Positions 40,100 to 49,831 of a stretch of DNA of 64,000 nucleotides are shown piece by piece. The notes under the pieces were generated by a model. That model saw only the letters and a program-made list of their open reading frames with translations, searched no databases and was not told the origin of the DNA. A program made the position numbers and the translations under genes. Position 1 is the stretch's first letter. Each line of letters begins with the position of its first letter. The stretch spans positions 160,001-224,000 of the forward strand of contig JBCCHT010000001.1 of assembly GCA_039028615.1 (NCBI GenBank). The letters are read 5' to 3'. Source of the DNA: Myxococcota bacterium. GTDB lineage: Bacteria > Myxococcota_A > Polyangia > Nannocystales > Nannocystaceae.

Positions 40100-41134
40100 G
40101 TGCGAGTACGCGGCATTCGTGTGGCCATGGTGACGGTGGGACTGTTCGGGCTCGTGCCTTCGTTGGCGCTGGCTCAGCCCGCTCCTGCCCCGACACCCGC
40201 TCCGTCCGAGCCCGAACCGGCACCGATCCAGACCCCGGAGCAGCCGGCACCGACGTCGAGTCCGGCCCCCGCTACCACCACGTCCACCCCGGCCCCGGCC
40301 GTCGACGATGCCGCCTGGACTGCACTGCAGGGGCGGCAAGTCGCGGTGATGACGAACGGGGGCACGGTGAGCGGCGAGCTGCTGCGCTCCGATGGTGACA
40401 GCGTGGTGCTGGTGCTGGCCGACGGCCAGGTGCGCACCATCCCCAAGTCGCAGGCCACGGGAGTGCGGGTCGTGCAGACGCCCGCGCCCACCACTCCGGC
40501 TCCCACGACGCCCGCTCCCACCCCGGCGGCCACGACTAGCGATCCGCAGCCGAGCCCCGCCGCGGCCGAAGCCGAGCCCGAGGCGGAGCCGGAAGAAGAG
40601 CTCACGCCCGGCCAGCAACGCCGCAAGGAACGCCGCGAGAATCGGGAGCATGCGCTGCTCGGCCTGCTGGCGATGCACGGCGCGACCTACAGCCACTGGC
40701 GCGACAGCGGCGACGGTACCGATGCCTATGCGGTCAACTCCGGTCACGCGTCGTACGCCATGGACTGGGGCGTGGGCGTCAACCTGAGCCCGACCTTCGG
40801 CATGTACGCGATCGCGGGCGGCCTGCTCGGAGCGAAGATCGACAACGATCGCATCAAGGCCAACTACGGCCATGTCGCGGCGCTGTTCGCCTTCGGGGGC
40901 AAGTACTACTTCTCCACCGTGGGCGCGGGCGTGGGCTTCAGCCGGCTGCGCTTCGAGGACGACACGCTGCACAAGGACACGGGCCTGGCCCTGCCCTTCA
41001 AGCTCGTCGGCAAGATTCCGCTGCCCAAGAAGCTCTACCTCGGCATCGGCCTGACCTACGAGCTGGCCATGGTCCGGGGCTTCAGTCGCTTCATCAACGC
41101 CATCGGCGGCCAGATCACCGTGGGTCGCTGGTAG
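40100..41134 (+). CDS. Secreted protein with a probable C-terminal outer-membrane beta-barrel
   Basis: Signal peptide ALA-Q, Pro/Thr linkers, amphipathic strands, terminal Trp. Confidence 0.8.
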   Translation: MRVRGIRVAMVTVGLFGLVPSLALAQPAPAPTPAPSEPEPAPIQTPEQPAPTSSPAPATTTSTPAPAVDDAAWTALQGRQVAVMTNGGTVSGELLRSDGDSVVLVLADGQVRTIPKSQATGVRVVQTPAPTTPAPTTPAPTPAATTSDPQPSPAAAEAEPEAEPEEELTPGQQRRKERRENREHALLGLLAMHGATYSHWRDSGDGTDAYAVNSGHASYAMDWGVGVNLSPTFGMYAIAGGLLGAKIDNDRIKANYGHVAALFAFGGKYYFSTVGAGVGFSRLRFEDDTLHKDTGLALPFKLVGKIPLPKKLYLGIGLTYELAMVRGFSRFINAIGGQITVGRW

Positions 41135-44100
41135 CGGCCACCGGGTGCTCGGCGAGCCACTGGTCGGCGTCGGCGAGCTCGGAGGCCGTCTCGGCCCCGG
41201 TCGCCTCGAACACAGCCCGCGCTTGCTCGACCAGGTCGACGGCACGCGTCCGCTGCGAGGGGTCAGACCAGAGCGTGCGCGCCAGCACGACGCGCGAGCG
41301 TGCGAGCTCGGCCTCGGTGGTCTCGGCCGATTCCGACGAGCCCACGCGCACCGCCTCTTCGGCGTGGCGCCGCGCCTGCTCGGGCTCCCCTTCGGCCAAC
41401 GCAATCGTGGCCAGGCTTCGCAGCGGCCCGGCCAGCGAGGCGTGCTCGGCTCCCATCGCCTTGGTGCGAATCTCCAGCGCTCGCTGAGCATGGGCCCGCG
41501 CCAGGTCGTGATGGCCGCGGCCGAGCGCAATCTTCCCCAACCCGAGCAAGGGTGACACGAGCTTGGGGTAGTCGACGCCGTGCGCCTGCTCCCGCAGCTT
41601 CACCGCGCGCAGGAGCATGGCCTCGGCTTCGTCCGTGTGCCCCTGCTCGCGCAGCAGGCTGGCCAGGTTGTTGAGCGCAAAGGCCAAGTTCACGTGGTCG
41701 GGCCCCAGCCCCGCCTCCCAGATGCTCAACGCCCGGCGGTACTGCGTCTCGGCCTCGGCATCGTGTCCCTGCCCCTCGAGCACGACGCCGAGGTTGATGA
41801 GTCCCCCCGCCAGCACGACGTGCTCGGGCCCGAGCAGAGCCTCGCGGATCTCCAGCGCCCGCCGATGGTGAACTTCGGCCTCGGCGAAGCGCCCCTGCTC
41901 TTGCAGTGCACTCCCGAGACCGCCGAGGTTGTGCGCGACCGCGGGGTGTTGCTCGCCGAACGCCGCCCGCTGAATCTCCAGCGCGCGCTGGTAGTAAAAC
42001 TCCGCGTCCGAGTGGCGCCCCCGGCTGTTGAAGGCCATGGCGAGGTTGCCCACCGGGATCGCGACGCTGGGGTGCTCGGCTCCCAGCGCAGCCTCGCCGA
42101 GCTCTCGCGCCCGACGAAACAGGTGCTCGGCCCCCTCGTATCGGCCCTGCTCGTGCAGCAGGTTGCCGAGGTTGTTGGTGGCCTTGCCCAGCAGCGGATG
42201 GTCGGCGCCCAGGCCTTCCTCCCAGATCTCCAGCGCGCGCCGATAGTCGTGCTCGGCCTGCTCGTAGTCCCCCATGGCGGCCAACACCATCGCGCGGTTG
42301 TTCCAGTTGCCACCCAGGCCCGACGCCTCGCCTTCGCGACGCGCCAGGGGCAGCGCGGTCTCGGCCCAGACCAGGCCCTCGGCATGACGCGCGAGACGAG
42401 CCCCCACCACCAGGACCAGGCCGGTCGAGGCTCGGCTCGCGACCTCGGCGTGGTCTTGCTCGAGCGCCAGCGCGTAGGCCTGCTTCAGGTCCTGCTCGGC
42501 TTGTGCGTACTTGCCGTTGGCGTTGCGCAACAGCCCACGACGCAGCCGGGCCTCCGCGATGAGCGGGCCGTAGGCCAGCGCATCGGCTCGCTCGACGACC
42601 CCCTCCACCCGTTTCAGCGCGGTTGCATGACGACCAGCTCGGCCCATGACCCGTAGCTCGGTCAGGCGCCGTCGCTGCTCGGTGACCTGGGCGGCCACTT
42701 CCAGATCCTCGGGGGGCGGGACCGCGGCCTGCAGCGCGGCCAAGTCCTCACAGCGCGCGAGCCGGGGCAGCCCCTTGACCAGCCCCACCGCCTTCTCCAC
42801 CGCCTTGGGATCCGCGTCGGCGAGCACCTGCACGGTGGCCTGCAACCCAGTTCGACGCTCGTCGAGGCAGGCCATGCGCAGCTCCATGATGCGCTCGGTC
42901 TGCGCCCCCGTGACCCGGGTCGCCTCGCAGGTCTCGGTGTGCTGCTCCGCCCACGCCGACGCGTAGTCCTCGAGCTGTCGGTCGACCCGCCCCCAGGTGT
43001 CTTCGGCGTAGGGCAGCTCGACCGCGACCATGGACTCCCGCACGCGAGCACGGGTGGGCTCGTCCCAGACCTCGGCCAACCGCTGTCGAGCACCCGTGCA
43101 CTGCTCCGACTCGTCGCTCCCCGCTCGATATCCGAACACCAACCCGGCCACGCCGACGCCGACGGCCAGGCTGAGCCCGAGCCATCGGTGGGTGCTGGGA
43201 GTCACCGCCGCTTGCAGCTCGTCGAGCAGCTCGGTCATCGACGGAAAACGGTCGTTGCGACGTGCCGACAGCCCCTTGACCAGGGCCCGCCGCACCCGAG
43301 GCGACACCGTGGACTCCCGGGGCACCGGTCGAATCTCGCCCTTCGCGATGGCATCGCGCAGCTGACGGATCGCCAGCCCCTCGAAGGGTCGCTGCCCGTA
43401 GAGCGCTTCGAAGAGCGCGACACAGAAGCTGAACTGGTCACCCCGGGCATCGACCGTCTCGCCCGCCATCTGCTCGAGCGGCATATACGCGGGCGTGCCC
43501 ATCACGAAGCCGGCCCGGGTCAGCGGGGCATCCCACCCGAGGCGCCCGGTCGTCGCTGCGGCCTCCTCCGAGTCGTTCGGCGTACGGTCGGCGTCGGTGC
43601 TGGTGTCGGTGGCCTCGCGCACGAGGCCGAAGTCGAGCACGCGAGCCCGCCCTTGGTCATCGACGACCGCATTGCTCGGCTTGAAGTCGCGGTGGACCAG
43701 CCCTCGCGCATGCGCGGCCGCCAGCCCCTGCCCCGCCTGGAGGTAGACCTCGATGCACTGTCGCCAGGTCGGTCGAGGCTCGCGGTCCACCCACTGCCGC
43801 AAGTCCATGCCGTCGACGAGCTCCATGGCGACGAAGGCCCGCCCCGAGACCTCCCCGACCTCGTAGACCTGCACGACGTTGGGATGGGACAGCTGGGCGA
43901 GCGCCTGGGCCTCCCGCATCAACCGCTTGGTGTGCCGACCCTGGCCGTCGCGGCGCCGCAGGACCTTGACCGCGACCTGGCGATCCAACGACGGATCGAA
44001 GGCCTTGTAGACGGTGCCCATGCCGCCTTTGCCCAAGGTCCCCAAGACCACGTAGCGGCCCAGGGTCGAGCCGATGTCGCCCTCGTTGACGACGACCGAG

Positions 44101-44264
44101 GCGGGGCGCCGAGCGGCCGATGGACGCTCGGGCCCCGTGACCTCGTGCTGCGGCGCATCGCCGCCCGCCGGGACGGGCCCATCGTCGCGGGTGAAATCGA
44201 CGGCGGTGGACGGAGGCGAGACCGTGTCGGCCAGCCCAACGTCTTCCCGTTCCGATGGCGACAC
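41115..44264 (-). CDS. Ser/Thr protein kinase with TM helix and TPR repeats
   Basis: LGKGGMG, VAVK, HRDFKPSN, DFG, GTPAYM; kinesin-light-chain-like TPRs. Confidence 0.95.
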   Translation of the reverse strand: MSPSEREDVGLADTVSPPSTAVDFTRDDGPVPAGGDAPQHEVTGPERPSAARRPASVVVNEGDIGSTLGRYVVLGTLGKGGMGTVYKAFDPSLDRQVAVKVLRRRDGQGRHTKRLMREAQALAQLSHPNVVQVYEVGEVSGRAFVAMELVDGMDLRQWVDREPRPTWRQCIEVYLQAGQGLAAAHARGLVHRDFKPSNAVVDDQGRARVLDFGLVREATDTSTDADRTPNDSEEAAATTGRLGWDAPLTRAGFVMGTPAYMPLEQMAGETVDARGDQFSFCVALFEALYGQRPFEGLAIRQLRDAIAKGEIRPVPRESTVSPRVRRALVKGLSARRNDRFPSMTELLDELQAAVTPSTHRWLGLSLAVGVGVAGLVFGYRAGSDESEQCTGARQRLAEVWDEPTRARVRESMVAVELPYAEDTWGRVDRQLEDYASAWAEQHTETCEATRVTGAQTERIMELRMACLDERRTGLQATVQVLADADPKAVEKAVGLVKGLPRLARCEDLAALQAAVPPPEDLEVAAQVTEQRRRLTELRVMGRAGRHATALKRVEGVVERADALAYGPLIAEARLRRGLLRNANGKYAQAEQDLKQAYALALEQDHAEVASRASTGLVLVVGARLARHAEGLVWAETALPLARREGEASGLGGNWNNRAMVLAAMGDYEQAEHDYRRALEIWEEGLGADHPLLGKATNNLGNLLHEQGRYEGAEHLFRRARELGEAALGAEHPSVAIPVGNLAMAFNSRGRHSDAEFYYQRALEIQRAAFGEQHPAVAHNLGGLGSALQEQGRFAEAEVHHRRALEIREALLGPEHVVLAGGLINLGVVLEGQGHDAEAETQYRRALSIWEAGLGPDHVNLAFALNNLASLLREQGHTDEAEAMLLRAVKLREQAHGVDYPKLVSPLLGLGKIALGRGHHDLARAHAQRALEIRTKAMGAEHASLAGPLRSLATIALAEGEPEQARRHAEEAVRVGSSESAETTEAELARSRVVLARTLWSDPSQRTRAVDLVEQARAVFEATGAETASELADADQWLAEHPVAATSDPR

Positions 44265-44345
44265 TACGATCAGTGTGCCACCACCGCCGAACGAATCAAC
44301 CTCCCGAACGGGACGCTTCGGCCACCGCGACGAGCCCCGTGGAGC

Positions 44346-45356
<1,011 letters not shown>

Positions 45357-45459
45357 GCGGTCCTCCTCGGGTGGTGCCGCAATCTGTGCACGATCGGCGT
45401 CGGGTCAAGGCGGGCGCTCCGCGCCTGCACTCACCCCCACGCCGCGCCGAACGCTCGGC

Positions 45460-46101
45460 TCACTGCTTCGTCTTCGCGTACTCGGCGGCCCGGGCCATGA
45501 CGGCGGGACCCGCCTTGCTGGCGCTGCCCGCATCGAAGGGCGGCTGCGGGTCGTACTCGACCATCAGCTGCATCGCCCGCGCCGCATCGGCATCGAAGAG
45601 CAACTCGGACAGGCGCAGCGCCATGTCGATGCCCGCCGAGACCCCGGCGGCAGTGATGAGGCGCTGCTCGAGGTGCTCCACCACCCGCTGCTCGACCGGC
45701 ACCGCCCCCTTCTTCTTCAGCAGATCGTAGACGCTCCAGTGGGTGGTCGCGGTGAGGCCGTCGAGCAACCCGGCCGCCGCGAGGATCAGCGAGCCAGTAC
45801 ACACCGAGGTGGTCAATCGTGTGGTGGGGTGCACCCCGCGAAGCCACTGCACCACGGCCGAGTCTTCCACGGCTACCGCCCGACTCCCCACGCCGCCGGG
45901 CACCACCACCACCTCGGGCGCGGGCACTTCGGCGAAGGTCGCGTCCACGGTCAGGCCGAGGAAGCCGTTTTCGGTTCGGACCTCGCCGGCCTGTTCACCC
46001 ACGAACACGATCTCGACCCCGGGCAGGCGCTGGAGGACCTCGTAGGGGCCGATGGCATCGAGAGCCGTTACGCGGGGGAACAGGACGACGGCGATCTGCA
46101 C
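45460..46101 (-). CDS. DJ-1/PfpI family protein
   Basis: LDAIGPYEV, VVPGG, SVCTG, ATTHW, TAAGVSAGIDMAL, EYDPQPPF. Confidence 0.95.
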   Translation of the reverse strand: MQIAVVLFPRVTALDAIGPYEVLQRLPGVEIVFVGEQAGEVRTENGFLGLTVDATFAEVPAPEVVVVPGGVGSRAVAVEDSAVVQWLRGVHPTTRLTTSVCTGSLILAAAGLLDGLTATTHWSVYDLLKKKGAVPVEQRVVEHLEQRLITAAGVSAGIDMALRLSELLFDADAARAMQLMVEYDPQPPFDAGSASKAGPAVMARAAEYAKTKQ

Positions 46102-46109
46102 GCCGAGGA

Positions 46110-46700
46110 CTATCCCTGATTGTCGGCCGGGACGCCAAACACCCAGCCGTCGACCGGCATGTGGCACGAGATGCAGAAGCCGACCGCGCCCGTCTCGCGC
46201 GTCGCTCCGGTACCGTCGATGCGGGCCCAGAACCAACCGCCGGCGTCGGGCAGGTAGCCCTCGGGGCCGCGGTACATCATCAGGAACCCGTCTTCGGCGC
46301 CCTCGCCGTTGAGGTGCTCCTTGACGATCAGCGTGCCCTCGGGGAAGCCGACGTCGACCACCGCCTCGGTGTCGATGCTGCGGTACAGGTCGGCGGCCTC
46401 GCTGTTGATGTAGACGTTGACCGTGTCGGCCAGGCCGTGGGCGGAGGCGAAGGAGTCGACGTTGATCTTCTCGAGGTTGGTCGCGTACATCGACGCTTGC
46501 TCGATGACCTCGGCTTCGTCGAAGGGCGAGCCATCCCCCGTGCTGTCCGCTCCGTCGCTGGCCACATCGGTGGCAGCCCCGGCCGTATCGGCAGCGGAGT
46601 CCCCATCGGCCGACCCGGAGTCGTCGCCGGGGCAGGCGCTGAAGACAAAAGGCAGTGCCATCACGGCAACGTAGTCGAGTAAACGATTGCGTGTTCTCAT
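46110..46700 (-). CDS. Cytochrome P460-family-like heme-c lipoprotein
   Basis: Lipobox FSAC; FPEGTLIVKE, GGWFWA, C-terminal CISCH. Confidence 0.8.
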   Translation of the reverse strand: MRTRNRLLDYVAVMALPFVFSACPGDDSGSADGDSAADTAGAATDVASDGADSTGDGSPFDEAEVIEQASMYATNLEKINVDSFASAHGLADTVNVYINSEAADLYRSIDTEAVVDVGFPEGTLIVKEHLNGEGAEDGFLMMYRGPEGYLPDAGGWFWARIDGTGATRETGAVGFCISCHMPVDGWVFGVPADNQG

Positions 46701-46737
46701 CAGTGACCTCGTTTCGAGGAGTCGATGTCGGGAGTGT

Positions 46738-47451
46738 CTAACTCGGGCTCAGCACTCCATGGGCGACGAGCTGCTCTTGGGCAATGGCGACATGATCGTC
46801 GGGAACCACTGCGAGCGGCTCGGGTACGGGCAGCCCCTGGCGCACGGCCAGTGCGACGAGACCCGCGGCAGAAGGCCGGAAAAGACGGGTCTCCAGGGTC
46901 TCCCAGTGGCGATAAATCAAGAGGAGCTCGGGGGCGGGCTCGGGCAGCTCGGCCTCGGCGTCACGCTCGAGGAGGGTGACGATCTGCGAGATCGGGTGGG
47001 TGTACTGCCGAACGTGAAGGCGCTGGTCGAAGCCGTCGTCGGGGCCATCGGGCGCGCTGACCACATAGGTCCGGGTCCAGCAGAAGTCCGCGATTTCCTC
47101 CCACGAGGTGGGCTGCGAGTCGTCGCGCTGACGACGTGCGGCGAGGAACTCGGAGAACGCCGCCCCCGCTGCGTTGGGGTGATGCCCCGCGGGCAAGTGC
47201 GTGTCGACGTACTCGCGCACCAGCTGGCGCCAGGTGTCCGCGCTTCGCTGCCGCACGATCAACGTCCGCAGCGGGCGGTACAGCTCGAAGAGAATCTTGA
47301 AGAGGTTGCGCTCGGCGAGCACCCGGTAAAACGCGAAGTTGTCGTCCCCGCTGGGGGAGGCGCCCAGCGCTTCGACCACCGCGGGTAGCGGACGCTCGCC
47401 CGAGAGATAGGGCCGCATCTGGGCGAAGAACTCGGGCAGCGGAGCGCTCAT
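46738..47451 (-). CDS. MNIO partner protein (DUF2063/HvfC/BufC-like)
   Basis: ATGA-coupled to DUF692; FYR...RN, WRQLVREY, FSEFL, EIADFCW pattern. Confidence 0.8.
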   Translation of the reverse strand: MSAPLPEFFAQMRPYLSGERPLPAVVEALGASPSGDDNFAFYRVLAERNLFKILFELYRPLRTLIVRQRSADTWRQLVREYVDTHLPAGHHPNAAGAAFSEFLAARRQRDDSQPTSWEEIADFCWTRTYVVSAPDGPDDGFDQRLHVRQYTHPISQIVTLLERDAEAELPEPAPELLLIYRHWETLETRLFRPSAAGLVALAVRQGLPVPEPLAVVPDDHVAIAQEQLVAHGVLSPS

Positions 47452-48293
47452 GCGGACCTCGCTGCCGGGGTCGTGCCCGCCACCTCGGTCCACAGCTCGC
47501 GGGCCCGGTCGGCCTCGTCGAGCACGCGGTCGAGCGGGGGAATGTCGGTATCCCACTCGATGAGCGTCGGCACCGGACCCGTCTTCGACAGCGCGTGCCG
47601 ATACAGGGACCACACTTCGTCGAGCACCGGAGCGCCGTGGTTGTCGAGCAACCGACCGCCCTCTTCGATGTGCCCCGCCAGGTGAACTTGCAGCGCAGCG
47701 TCCAGCGGCAGCGACTCGAGAGCGGCGACCGGATCTTCGTCGTGGTTGCGGGCGTTGACGTAGACGTTGTTGACGTCGAGGAGCAGGCCGCAGCCCGCTT
47801 CGGTCACGACCGCAGAGACGAACTCGCCTTCGCTGAGCGAGCCTCCGGGCATCTCGGCGTAGTAGCTGATGTTCTCCACGCCGACGGGGCGTTCGAGCCT
47901 ATCGGCGAGTTCCCGGATTCGACCTGCACAGTGCACCACTGCCTCCTCACTGAAGGGCAACGGCAACAGGTCGTAGAAGTTGCGCCCACCGATCGTCGCG
48001 TAGCAAAGATGATCGGTATAAAAAGGAGCCTCGAGTTCATCGAGGAGCTGCTTGAGCCCGGCGACGTACTCGAGGTCGAGTGGGTCGGGGCCTCCGAGGG
48101 ATAGGGAGACCCCGTGCGCAACCACGGGCCAGCGTTCGCGACACTGGGCGAGGTTGCGTCGGACGAGGCCACCCCGTCCGACGTAGTTCTCCGGAATGAT
48201 CTCGAGCCAATCGAGGGCGCGGTCACAGCCTCCGATCGCGGCAAAGTGCTCGCGACGGAGACCGATCCCGACACCCTTGAGTGTTGAGCTCAT
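47448..48293 (-). CDS. DUF692 family multinuclear non-heme iron oxidative enzyme (MNIO)
   Basis: GIGLR, EIIPENY, HGVSLSLG, DHL, DLLPLP, ENIS, LLLDVNN, HLAGH, DNH, LIEWD. Confidence 0.96.
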   Translation of the reverse strand: MSSTLKGVGIGLRREHFAAIGGCDRALDWLEIIPENYVGRGGLVRRNLAQCRERWPVVAHGVSLSLGGPDPLDLEYVAGLKQLLDELEAPFYTDHLCYATIGGRNFYDLLPLPFSEEAVVHCAGRIRELADRLERPVGVENISYYAEMPGGSLSEGEFVSAVVTEAGCGLLLDVNNVYVNARNHDEDPVAALESLPLDAALQVHLAGHIEEGGRLLDNHGAPVLDEVWSLYRHALSKTGPVPTLIEWDTDIPPLDRVLDEADRARELWTEVAGTTPAARSA

Positions 48294-48332
48294 CGTGAAG
48301 CCGTCCGTGAAGAGGCGAGACGGCTACGCGGA

Positions 48333-48692
48333 TCAGCCTCCGGTCGGGCCGCTGGAGCCGGAATCCGAGGTCGGGCAACCGGCGGTGGTGCCGTCGCCCG
48401 TGGGGCAACCAGCGGTGGTGCCGTCGCCCGTGGGGCAACCAGCGGTGGGGCAACCCGCGGTGGTGCCAGTGGCACCCGGGCAGCCCGCCGTGGAGCCGCC
48501 CGTGGGGCAGCCGGCGGTGGGGCAACCAGCCGTGGGGCAACCCGCGGTGGGGCAGCCCGCGTCCGTGGACGCAGCGGTCGTGGTGCTCGTGGAATCGCCG
48601 GTGCTGTCGTCACCGCAGGACGGCAGGGCAACGAGGCCCGCGGACAGAGCGACGGCTTCGAGGATGTTGGTCAAGTTCTTGTTCATCGTCAT
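48333..48692 (-). CDS. Putative MNIO precursor: lipoprotein with nine AGCP repeats
   Basis: MTMNKN...ALSAGLVALPS-C signal/lipobox; nine AGCP(T/G) units; lies 39 bp upstream of DUF692. Confidence 0.88.
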   Translation of the reverse strand: MTMNKNLTNILEAVALSAGLVALPSCGDDSTGDSTSTTTAASTDAGCPTAGCPTAGCPTAGCPTGGSTAGCPGATGTTAGCPTAGCPTGDGTTAGCPTGDGTTAGCPTSDSGSSGPTGG

Positions 48693-48789
48693 GCTCGGGT
48701 CCCAGATACGGGCGGCTCGCCGACGCGCGTGCCTCACCCCCGATCCCCCTTGGACCCTGAGTACCGGTATAACCCCACCCGGGGTCCGG

Positions 48790-49794
48790 TTACCAATCGA
48801 TGCCGACTTTTTTGCAGTCTTCGGCCAGACCCGACCATCGCGGGCCATCTTGGTCTGCCATGTGTGTAATGAGCCACGCTCGGCCCTCACATACCTCGCG
48901 TAGGTGAGCGTGCGCCTCGGGTTCTTCGGCGTCCCACCGTAGACGTCCGAGCGGTACCGAGCCGTCCTCACACCCCTTTCGCGGGCCCGCAGCGGGGACT
49001 TCGCCGCAACGGATCTCGATCGAGGGATCGTCCCAGGAGCGATCGTGGGCCCCGTAGGACTCGAGCGGCGCTTCGTCCCACAGCACGGTCTGCGGCACGA
49101 CGAAGCCGCTTCGATCGGTGCCTCGGTTCACCAAACCGTGCTCCTTGGGTCGGTCGTTGTCGAGGCGAGAATAACCATGACACCCAGCACAACGGTTCCG
49201 AACGCGGATGCCCTTGGCGAAGCGATCCCTCCAGGGCTGCGGCTTGCCCACCGCGGGCGGATGCTCCAGCGCCTTCGCCACCAGGCGATCGGTGGCGGCG
49301 GCATGAGCCTCGGTGTCTTCGCGAGCCCACCGCAGACCGAACAGCGGCGCCGCGGGATCGGGCGCGGTGGGACGGTAGACGTGGAAGTCCTGCGCGCCAT
49401 CCTCATTAATCCGGGTGCCCCGGATGTCGGCGATGGCCCGACGATCACCCGTCCCGAAAAACTCCACGCGGTCGACGATGGTCCCCGCGGGAAACTCCAG
49501 CGTCGGGCGGCCCTGCGTGTCGTCGTGCGCGTCGATGCGAGCGTCGGGCGGGAGCCACATCCAGATCTCGACCTGATCGACGAGCGCACTCGAGGACGGG
49601 ATATGGGTCGGCGGCACCAGTCGCACGTAGCCCTCGCGCTCGTGGAAGCGCAGCGGGTCTTCGATCGACAGGTCCTCGACGCCCGGCGGGGGCGGATCGC
49701 GGCGGCAGCCCGTCGCGGCCATGGCCAAGAGCCCGGCGATGCCGAGCCATGCCACCGCCCCGAGGGCTGCGTGTCGCGGTCGTGGGCCGGGCAT
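48790..49794 (-). CDS. Lipoprotein with a CxxCH motif (putative c-type cytochrome)
   Basis: AATGC lipobox-like site; CAGCH. Confidence 0.7.
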   Translation of the reverse strand: MPGPRPRHAALGAVAWLGIAGLLAMAATGCRRDPPPPGVEDLSIEDPLRFHEREGYVRLVPPTHIPSSSALVDQVEIWMWLPPDARIDAHDDTQGRPTLEFPAGTIVDRVEFFGTGDRRAIADIRGTRINEDGAQDFHVYRPTAPDPAAPLFGLRWAREDTEAHAAATDRLVAKALEHPPAVGKPQPWRDRFAKGIRVRNRCAGCHGYSRLDNDRPKEHGLVNRGTDRSGFVVPQTVLWDEAPLESYGAHDRSWDDPSIEIRCGEVPAAGPRKGCEDGSVPLGRLRWDAEEPEAHAHLREVCEGRAWLITHMADQDGPRWSGLAEDCKKVGIDW

Positions 49795-49831
49795 GGGCCG
49801 GGAGCATACCCGACCCCTCCCCGGCCGAGTA

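Noticed and set aside
48360..48560. GTGGGGCA(A/G)CC-type DNA repeats as a CRISPR array or VNTR
   Set aside because: They are in-frame coding repeats (AGCPT) with synonymous variation, no unique spacers and no cas genes.
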